Virus record (IMG/VR): IMGVR_UViG_3300031227_000208
Span: 1-34,794 of that record
Origin: a virus
Lineage: Duplodnaviria; Caudoviricetes
Direction: 5' to 3' (one strand)
DNA length: 34,794 bases
Positions within the stretch are counted from its first letter, which is position 1; each line of letters begins with the position of its first letter. The notes below the pieces were generated by a model. That model saw nothing but the letters and a program-made list of their open reading frames with translations. It did not search any database and was not told the origin of the DNA. Positions 8,377 to 15,520 of the stretch are shown here, in pieces. The translations under genes and the position numbers were made by a program.

Positions 8377-8759
8377 TGCCAATGTCACAGATGCCACCGC
8401 AAGGTGGAATGAGACCGCCACAGATGCCAGGCGGAATGTCACCGCAGGGTGGTGGCATAGAAGACAAAGTAAAGAATATGAGATCAATTATGAACCCGGT
8501 CGATGCTTCTATGATGAAGCAGGACGGGCAGATTGATCCGAACATGACTGTAATACAGTTATTGGAACAGTTGGGTATAGATCCAGAGGGTCCGGCTTCT
8601 CAGTTTACAGATTTTGCGAAAAGACAACATGAGAACGCCAATCCTTTGAATAAGATGAAGGGATTAGCGGGTGGTGGGATGGCTCCGCCAACTAGTATGG
8701 GGTCGCAGGGAGCTAATGTTCCCCCCCCACCCGACTTTGATAAATTAATGAGAGGTTAA
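8376..8759 (+). CDS. Met/Pro/Gly/Gln-rich head-region protein
   Basis: AGGAGG RBS, TAATG overlap; low-complexity termini. Confidence 0.75.
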   Translation: MPMSQMPPQGGMRPPQMPGGMSPQGGGIEDKVKNMRSIMNPVDASMMKQDGQIDPNMTVIQLLEQLGIDPEGPASQFTDFAKRQHENANPLNKMKGLAGGGMAPPTSMGSQGANVPPPPDFDKLMRG

Positions 8760-8761
8760 TT

Positions 8762-9604
8762 ATGGAAAATCTGCAAGGGAATCGGTTTGACCAGATCGGA
8801 CTTCAGCATTTTGCTGAAACACCCGCTGAAGGTCCTATCGAAGAACCCGCTGGCGGACCGGAATCAAGAGAAGCTGCTGTCGCAGACGCAGTAGTTGAAC
8901 CTGAACAACCGGCTTTTTTCGAGTATGACAAACCTGGTGGCGAGAAGATGTCTTTCAAAGATGCCGATGAGCTTAAACAGGCTTTTGGCAAGAGTTTTAT
9001 GATGCAAAGGGATTATACCGGGAAGACAACGGCACTAAGGGAACAGTCTGAAAAAGTAAAGGTAAGGGAAGCAGAGCTTGAAAAACAGGCTGAGGATTTG
9101 AAAGGTGTTGGAAAAGAATACGGAAAGTTCCGTAACTTTATGAACGCCAGACCAGATACTTATGCTAAGTTCAAGCGCATGGTAGAATCTCCACCTTCTC
9201 CTGAAGAAGCCTTCGGTCGTTCAAAAGGTTATGTAGATGAACAACTGACGGAAATTAGGGGAATGTTTGATGAGATGAAGAAGTACAGAGCCGACCAGGA
9301 GTTTGATACGCAAAAGAAAGAGTTGTACGCAAAGATGAAAGGCAAGTACAGCGACTTTGATTCTGATGCTGTTGAAAGGGTTCTTGGTAGTCTTTCGGAT
9401 AATCCCGAAGCCTTAGTTGAAATGGGGTATTTTTCGGAACGTGGTCGATTAGATCCCGTAGAAATGGAGCGCAGGGTTGCAGAGGCGTCAGAAAGAAAAC
9501 GCCGAGAAACGCCGGGGGTCGTACCTGGTCCAGGTAAACCCGGCAAAGCCAAGAGCTTTGATAACATTGCAGATGCAAGGAGGGCAGCCCAAGAAGCGCA
9601 ATAG
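8762..9604 (+). CDS. capsid scaffolding protein
   Basis: Acidic flexible N-terminus, MMQRDYTGKT motif, coiled coil, directly before capsid; N-terminal LQHFA. Confidence 0.85.
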   Translation: MENLQGNRFDQIGLQHFAETPAEGPIEEPAGGPESREAAVADAVVEPEQPAFFEYDKPGGEKMSFKDADELKQAFGKSFMMQRDYTGKTTALREQSEKVKVREAELEKQAEDLKGVGKEYGKFRNFMNARPDTYAKFKRMVESPPSPEEAFGRSKGYVDEQLTEIRGMFDEMKKYRADQEFDTQKKELYAKMKGKYSDFDSDAVERVLGSLSDNPEALVEMGYFSERGRLDPVEMERRVAEASERKRRETPGVVPGPGKPGKAKSFDNIADARRAAQEAQ

Positions 9605-9614
9605 GAGCTAACAA

Positions 9615-10556
9615 ATGGCACTTGCCATAGTTGAAGCTAATACGGTTAGCCGTAAATATTTTGACAAAACCATGACACAGAATGTGTATGAGGATTCTGC
9701 TGTTTTATATAAATTAAAAGACAACAGAGCAATTACTGTGGATGGTGGAACTTCTATACAGTTTCCGGTAAGATACCGGAAGTTCGCAAGAGCTGATGCG
9801 GTTGGTCCGCATGAGCAGGTTACTTTCGAGCAAAAAGTCACCCGTACTGGTGGCGACATTGCATGGAAGTATTACAACTGTGACAATATGATTTCCTGGG
9901 ACGAGAGGGTCAAGAACTCAGGGAAGGAAAAGATTGTCAATTTATTGGCTGATAAAGCCGATGAAATCCGTGAAGATATGATGGACAGGTTTGCAACTGA
10001 CCTTTACACAACCAACCCGAATGGGTTAGGTTTTATTTCTCTTCCCGTTATCGTAGGGACAGACACTTATGCCGGTATTCTGATAGCGGATGTACCGGAG
10101 TGGCAATCTACAGAAGATACTACCACTACTGAGTTAGTGCTTTACGGTGCAAACTCTTTGAGTTACTTTGTTAATGCGGCTACTTTTGGCAAGAACTCTC
10201 CGACCTTACACATGACTACCAGAGATTTGGCTTCCAAGTTTGAGTCTCTTATTGAACCGCAGAAAAGGTATAAAGAGAAGACTCTTGCAGATGCAGGTTT
10301 CACCAATACTACTTTTCATGGTGTTCCTGTTGTTGGTGATGCTTTTTGTGTCGCCAAGATGTGGTTGGGTCTTGATATTAAGCAGTTAGAGCTTCGGTAT
10401 CATAAAGACTTCAATTTTGACGTATCGGATTGGCAGGACCTTTTTCAGGCTGGCTTTCCTCGTGCTATGGGCAAAGTAATGTCCTGGGCGGGGAATATGA
10501 CTTGCAGGATGCGGAGATCTAGTTTCAAAGCGACTGCACTAGACTATACCATATAA
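9615..10556 (+). CDS. major capsid protein (HK97 fold)
   Basis: 313 aa after scaffold; DGGTSIQFPVRY E-loop-type motif, GFTNTTFHGVPVVGD. Confidence 0.92.
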   Translation: MALAIVEANTVSRKYFDKTMTQNVYEDSAVLYKLKDNRAITVDGGTSIQFPVRYRKFARADAVGPHEQVTFEQKVTRTGGDIAWKYYNCDNMISWDERVKNSGKEKIVNLLADKADEIREDMMDRFATDLYTTNPNGLGFISLPVIVGTDTYAGILIADVPEWQSTEDTTTTELVLYGANSLSYFVNAATFGKNSPTLHMTTRDLASKFESLIEPQKRYKEKTLADAGFTNTTFHGVPVVGDAFCVAKMWLGLDIKQLELRYHKDFNFDVSDWQDLFQAGFPRAMGKVMSWAGNMTCRMRRSSFKATALDYTI

Positions 10557-10566
10557 GGAGGATAAT

Positions 10567-11010
10567 ATGGGTGTTCATTTTGTACCCGATGCGTATACAT
10601 ACGCAACCTTTGAAAAAAGGTGGGATTCAGACGGTAAAGTATTTCACAATGCCATAGCTCATGATGCTCTTACAGCTAAGACTCCTTATGGAATCATAGC
10701 GAATGAGTATGGTCCCGTGTCAGAAGCTTTACCTGCTGCCGATAAGTACATCTATGTGGGTGTACCAACAGAAGCTGTTGCCAGCGGTGTTAACTGCTGG
10801 TTGCAGATCGGTGGATATATTACAGCAGTAATAAGTACGGCGTTGACCGTGGCCCTTGGTGATGGTTTTACCATAAATGCAGGAGCCGTGGCTGATATTG
10901 CAGCGGCTTATTCCGGGGCGGCAGGAGAATTTGCCGTAAATGCTGGTACTGCGGGTGCTTCGACAACTCACGCAATGATACTGGTGCCCGAACAGATCAT
11001 AACTATATAA
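10567..11010 (+). CDS. putative head decoration/cement protein, paralog 1
   Basis: Follows capsid, AAGGAGG RBS, Ala/Gly/beta-rich; paralogous to the next ORF. Confidence 0.6.
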   Translation: MGVHFVPDAYTYATFEKRWDSDGKVFHNAIAHDALTAKTPYGIIANEYGPVSEALPAADKYIYVGVPTEAVASGVNCWLQIGGYITAVISTALTVALGDGFTINAGAVADIAAAYSGAAGEFAVNAGTAGASTTHAMILVPEQIITI

Positions 11011-11020
11011 GGAGGATGAT

Positions 11021-11473
11021 ATGGGTGAATTAACTTGTTTTGTACCCGATGCTTACACTTATGCCTCCTTTCAGCCAAGGTATGATTCAAATGGGAAGGT
11101 GTTCATAAATGCCATTGCCGGAGATACGCTTACTGCGAAGACCCCTGTGGGGGTGATTTATAATGAGTATGGAGCTGTAACTCTGGCCTTGGCGGATACT
11201 ACACTTTATTACAGGGTTGGGGTTCCGATAGCCGGTGCTGCTGCTGATGCTAGCGTGTGGTTGCAGCATGGTGGTTATATCACTGATGTAGTCACTGCAA
11301 GCATTACTACAGTTGTGGGCTATGGGATTGAAATACATGATGGTACTGTTGCTCTGGTTTCAGCCGATTATTCAGGCGTAGACGCAGAGTTTGCAGTATG
11401 TACGGAAGCGTCTGGCGCAAGCACGACCCATGAGTTGATGCTTGTACCAAGATTAATACTTTCGTCTTCGTAA
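11021..11473 (+). CDS. putative head decoration/cement protein, paralog 2
   Basis: Shares FVPDAYTYA, DS.GKVF.NAIA.D.LTAKTP, WLQ.GGYIT and GASTTH with paralog 1. Confidence 0.6.
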   Translation: MGELTCFVPDAYTYASFQPRYDSNGKVFINAIAGDTLTAKTPVGVIYNEYGAVTLALADTTLYYRVGVPIAGAAADASVWLQHGGYITDVVTASITTVVGYGIEIHDGTVALVSADYSGVDAEFAVCTEASGASTTHELMLVPRLILSSS

Positions 11474-11542
11474 GTTATATAGGCAAGGGTAGCGGAAGAG
11501 TATGAAAATTACTTGCTCTTAGCCTGTATTATAGAGAATTAG

Positions 11543-11570
11543 AGGGGGTGGGACCGCTCACCCCCTATTT
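11543..11570 (+). terminator. GC-rich hairpin, weak intrinsic terminator or attenuator after head genes
   Basis: AGGGGGTG 11543-11550 / CACCCCCT 11559-11566, followed only by ATTT and then the next RBS. Confidence 0.5.
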
Positions 11571-11581
11571 AGGAGTTTTAA

Positions 11582-12247
11582 ATGGCTGGAACTAGGAGAT
11601 GGACTGACAAGTTCAAATGGGGTTCTACGGGTGGTGGCATAATAGAGGCTGGTACTTCTTCAGTACCTCTTGTTATAAAAAATGCTTCAGATCCGTTAGT
11701 TCAGATTCATACGACACATTCTTTATTGGCCGGAATAGTAAGAAGCATGGAGATTGTGCAAACACAGACGGTGGCTGATGTCAGCATAGTCAACGAGGCT
11801 CTTTATGTAAGTTTTGAGTCTGCCGTTACCACGGGGGAGTGGGCTAATGCTATTGTTGGTAGGATTAGTTTTACTGCTCCAGGTAAAGCTGATGGTGGTA
11901 TGGCTGCTGCTATCTGTAGCGAGATGAATATGCCAGCGGCCGCACAGACTGGCGGCGTGTATTGTTCGTTGGATGTAGAGATGAATTGTCCAACAAGTTT
12001 TACGCATGCTGCTAATACAGCCCTGCCTGTTAGTTTTATCAGGTTCGGGTTGTGGGGTGGTGCAGCGGGTGAGTTTGACGATCATGGAGTGCTTTTCCAC
12101 ATAGAAGGAGTAACTGCTGGTGATGGGCATGTATTTGATACAACGCCAGCTAATGCTGATTTTGCGGCGGATGCTGCACTGAAGATCAATGTGAAGGGAA
12201 CTGAGTATTGGATTGGACTCTGTGACCAGAAATCATGTGTTGCGTAA
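11582..12247 (+). CDS. putative virion structural protein
   Basis: AGGAG RBS; Ala/Gly/Thr-rich; C-terminal LKINVKGTEYWI fibre-like hairpin. Confidence 0.65.
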   Translation: MAGTRRWTDKFKWGSTGGGIIEAGTSSVPLVIKNASDPLVQIHTTHSLLAGIVRSMEIVQTQTVADVSIVNEALYVSFESAVTTGEWANAIVGRISFTAPGKADGGMAAAICSEMNMPAAAQTGGVYCSLDVEMNCPTSFTHAANTALPVSFIRFGLWGGAAGEFDDHGVLFHIEGVTAGDGHVFDTTPANADFAADAALKINVKGTEYWIGLCDQKSCVA

Positions 12248-12268
12248 ATAAATAAGAAGGAGTGAGAG

Positions 12269-12580
12269 ATGGTGTTAGAAATTCAAGAACGGTTGGGAAT
12301 CATGGGACTTTTAGGCCAAGAGGGGAGCGTGGCTTTCCTTAAGGCTAAGAGAGATATTGTGTCAAAAGTTGGGTTGTCGGCTGACGAGATCAAAGAGTTT
12401 GAGGTTGTTGTAAAAGACGGCAGCACTGCTTGGAACCCCGAAAAGGCAAAAGAGAAAGATATTGAGTTCACTGGTGGGGAAATAGCCATTATGGTAGATG
12501 CACTAAAAGCATTAGAAAAAGAAGAAAAGCTACTTGAACACCAGCTCTCGCTCTACGAGAAGTTTGTAGAAGGAGGTTAA
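12269..12580 (+). CDS. conserved phage hypothetical protein (possible chaperone)
   Basis: AAGGAG RBS; ERL..MGLL..EGS...LSLYEKFV pattern. Confidence 0.7.
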   Translation: MVLEIQERLGIMGLLGQEGSVAFLKAKRDIVSKVGLSADEIKEFEVVVKDGSTAWNPEKAKEKDIEFTGGEIAIMVDALKALEKEEKLLEHQLSLYEKFVEGG

Positions 12581-12581
12581 G

Positions 12582-12908
12582 ATGCCAGCACACAGAGAGG
12601 CACAGGGAAATGAGACACGGACATCGGCAGGCAGTACTACTTTGATAGATATTTCTGACCATGGCACTCGACTGAGGCTTAAAACCCTTGTGGTCGGGAT
12701 TTCGGTGTTTGCAGGTTCAGGAAAGGTAGAAATTACCGATGGTACTACAACCTACTTCGCATGGGAAGCAATAACAACGGGGGGAGGACAACCTCCTTCC
12801 GTTAATATTCCTGATGGGTTTGATTGGGGAGCTAACAAAGACATTATCCTCACGACTACAGGAGCAATTACAGTTCATGCGGTATGTACGGCTGAAGTGA
12901 GGGGGTAA
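12582..12908 (+). CDS. small beta-sandwich virion protein, paralog A
   Basis: MPAHR.AQGN, RLRLKTL, EITDGTT, PDG.DWG, AEVRG shared with the next two ORFs. Confidence 0.7.
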   Translation: MPAHREAQGNETRTSAGSTTLIDISDHGTRLRLKTLVVGISVFAGSGKVEITDGTTTYFAWEAITTGGGQPPSVNIPDGFDWGANKDIILTTTGAITVHAVCTAEVRG

Positions 12909-12909
12909 A

Positions 12910-13251
12910 ATGCCCGCTCATAGAGTAGCACAAGGGAATAAGGGCCGAGTCGGTGGGGCAGGTGTTGGTACCGCTACCCTGATCGACTGTTCGGGCTATG
13001 GCTCACGGCTAAGGATTAAAACATTATGTTGTTCTATTGCCGTGTTCGCCAATGAGGGTTTGATAGAAATTACTGACGGCACTACCACCCATTTTTCGTG
13101 GAGTGCTGACGACAATCAGGGGGCGGGAAAACAACCGCCATGCCTCAATTTCCCCGATGGTTATGATTGGGGTGATGGTCTTGACGTGATTCTAAAGACC
13201 ACAAATGCCATTACAATGTGGTGCATAGTAGTGGCGGAAGTGAGGGGATAA
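12910..13251 (+). CDS. small beta-sandwich virion protein, paralog B
   Basis: Same motifs as paralog A. Confidence 0.7.
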   Translation: MPAHRVAQGNKGRVGGAGVGTATLIDCSGYGSRLRIKTLCCSIAVFANEGLIEITDGTTTHFSWSADDNQGAGKQPPCLNFPDGYDWGDGLDVILKTTNAITMWCIVVAEVRG

Positions 13252-13604
13252 TGCCCGCACATCGTGTGGCTCAAGGTAACGTATACCTTCAGGGAGACGG
13301 TTCTGCGACCATCATTGACTGCTCCGACTATGGAGATAGGCTTAGGCTGAAAACATTGGTGGTAACTTTCTCTCTTGTGCTGGTGAGTTATTCGGTGGAG
13401 GTTACAGACGGCACCACGACCATATTCCAGTGGGAGGCAAAGGCCGGAAAGCTGAAACAACCACCGTGTCTAAACTTCCCCGATGGTTACGATTGGGGAG
13501 CAGGGAATGACATTATTCTGAAGATAGAAGCTCCGCCAACAAAAGGCGGCCCTGCAATATTTGTTTATGCAATAGCTGTGGCTGAAGCAAGGGGAGAGAC
13601 ATGA
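13251..13604 (+). CDS. small beta-sandwich virion protein, paralog C
   Basis: Start re-called to ATG 13251 (TAATG overlap, MPAHRVAQGN). Confidence 0.7.
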   Translation: MPAHRVAQGNVYLQGDGSATIIDCSDYGDRLRLKTLVVTFSLVLVSYSVEVTDGTTTIFQWEAKAGKLKQPPCLNFPDGYDWGAGNDIILKIEAPPTKGGPAIFVYAIAVAEARGET

Positions 13605-14890
13605 CCTTAACAAAAATGATTACAAGGATACGGCAACGCTCACGGACTGGTGAAGATTTTGTTCCTGCTGCTGTTATTGTTGATAGAATTAACGAAGCAA
13701 TGACTCAATTATCCAAAGATATGGGCGGGCTGGTTAAAGAAGCTTACCTCGCACTTACACCAAAGTTTGACCTATCCACCCATCATGCGTTTAATATCAC
13801 AATAGTGGGTGGAACAAATGCGCTTGTGGCGACAGATATTCCGGTAACTGATGTTTCCGTGAACGACCAGACCGGAGCAGAAACAGCCACCGAGTTACAG
13901 GAGCGAATACGGGCAGCAGGCCCTACTACGTTGACGGTAGCATGGAGTGCGTCTACCTATAAGTTCACGATAGATGGTGATGACTGTACTTCGATGACGA
14001 TCGCAGCTCCCGTTGGAGCGAATTATGCGGATGTTACGGATCTGTTATTTGCCAAAACTGGTACAGAAACAGCCCTAACCTGGGTGAGCAATATTCCACA
14101 AGATTGTATGCTTGAGGTAGATCTCCCATCTGACTTTTTAAGGATCAAGGCGGTAGAATGGGACAGGAACCCCTTAAGCCCGGCTCCATTTGATCTGTTT
14201 GTCTCACCGCAAGCAAGCGGTGTACCGTGTTACTATCAGATAATGAACAAGAAAATGAGGGTAAATGCTATACCCACTTCTCAAAAGTTATTTCATCTGT
14301 TTTATAAATATTTACCAGCTACGATTACTCCCGCATATCAAGAATGTGGGTTATCTTCCAAAACCACAGCTACCGAAACAGGGCTTGCGGCTACAACCCA
14401 ATACTATTTCAAAATCACAATTGATGGCGGAGCTGAGACTGAATATGACATTACTACTGGTGCAAGAACAACTTTTGCTCCAGTTATAGTTTTGTTGAAC
14501 GCAGAAGCCTTGGGGTGTACTTTTACTATTACCGGCGGAGATTTGAGATGTACTTCATCTGCTGGTGGTCCCGAATCTTCTATAGCCCTGGCTGCTGGTA
14601 CTACGGGAACTGACTTATTTGTTACTCTTACTGGTTGGGCGGCTTTTGATACTGCATATTCGGAGCTTCAAGATGAGATAGCGATAGAGGCAGAAATAGA
14701 AGATGCAATAATATTTTACGCAACGGCTTTACTATATGAGGATGCGGCAGATTTAGCAAAAGCCAATTACTTCAGGGCCAGATATGTTGTGGCTAAGAAT
14801 GAGTATAAACAACAATTAGGCAATCAGAACCCAAAGTTCCGGACTTATACGAAAGGAACAATTAGAAAGGATTACCGGGTAATAGTTTGA
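13601..14890 (+). CDS. head-tail adaptor (tail tubular A-like) with two inserted domains
   Basis: MTLTKMITRIRQR...INEAM, LPSDFLRIKAV, GVPCYY, DAIIFYATALLY adaptor motifs, split by two ~110-aa Thr/Gly-rich segments. Confidence 0.75.
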   Translation: MTLTKMITRIRQRSRTGEDFVPAAVIVDRINEAMTQLSKDMGGLVKEAYLALTPKFDLSTHHAFNITIVGGTNALVATDIPVTDVSVNDQTGAETATELQERIRAAGPTTLTVAWSASTYKFTIDGDDCTSMTIAAPVGANYADVTDLLFAKTGTETALTWVSNIPQDCMLEVDLPSDFLRIKAVEWDRNPLSPAPFDLFVSPQASGVPCYYQIMNKKMRVNAIPTSQKLFHLFYKYLPATITPAYQECGLSSKTTATETGLAATTQYYFKITIDGGAETEYDITTGARTTFAPVIVLLNAEALGCTFTITGGDLRCTSSAGGPESSIALAAGTTGTDLFVTLTGWAAFDTAYSELQDEIAIEAEIEDAIIFYATALLYEDAADLAKANYFRARYVVAKNEYKQQLGNQNPKFRTYTKGTIRKDYRVIV

Positions 14891-15474
14891 AAACTTCGAG
14901 TATCATTGACGGCAGGGGCGGGGTTGATAAATTATTATTGGTTTCCGGGGAGGGGTTGACAAATTATTATGGATGTGATATAATGATTAACTATGAAACA
15001 TACATGGATATTCAGCGTACATCCGAACAGCAAGGCTCTTGTAGCAGAGGAACGCCCCGGCCCTCTCGATACTTCTTGTTGGGTAGTAACCAGTCATGTG
15101 CCATGTGGAAATGGTTATATTTTTATTGGTTTCAACCCACGGCAATTGGTTTATCGTGCGGTTTACGAAAGAGAGGTAGGCCCAATCCCCGAAGGGTTAA
15201 TAATAAGACACAGATGCGACAATCCGAAATGTGTCAATCCCGATCATCTTTTAACAGGAACCAAGCAAGACAATACACAAGACATGATAAACAGAAAACG
15301 CCACAAATATGGCGAAAAAGCTTCTTGGTCAAAATTAAACGAAATTTCTGTACGATTTATTCGGCAGTTAGAAAAAGCACCAGGAATATTTGCCTATCTT
15401 GCTTGTCTTTTAAATGTATCAGAAGCAACTATCAGAGATGCCTATTATGGCCGAACATGGAGGCATCTCAATGA
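14887..15474 (+). other. alternative-frame bridge ORF starting with a duplicate of the nozzle N-terminus
   Basis: TTGA overlap with adaptor stop; MKTSSIIDGRGG vs MKTTSLIDGRSG at 15471; 195 stop-free codons ending in an ATGA overlap with the nozzle start. Confidence 0.55.
14956..14984 (+). promoter_or_regulatory. consensus sigma70 promoter of HNH gene 1, leaderless
   Basis: TTGACA 14956-14961, 17 nt, TGn, TATAAT 14979-14984; ATG at 14993 with no SD. Confidence 0.85.
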
Positions 15475-15520
15475 AAACAACGAGCCTAATCGACGGAAGA
15501 TCGGGATATTATACAGATGA
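14993..15520 (+). CDS. HNH homing endonuclease 1 (HNH_3 type, C-terminal HTH)
   Basis: CW...GY...GPIPEGLIIRHRCDNPKCVNPDHLLTGTKQDNTQDM; RTWRHL near the end; low-GC insert. Confidence 0.92.
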   Translation: MKHTWIFSVHPNSKALVAEERPGPLDTSCWVVTSHVPCGNGYIFIGFNPRQLVYRAVYEREVGPIPEGLIIRHRCDNPKCVNPDHLLTGTKQDNTQDMINRKRHKYGEKASWSKLNEISVRFIRQLEKAPGIFAYLACLLNVSEATIRDAYYGRTWRHLNENNEPNRRKIGILYR

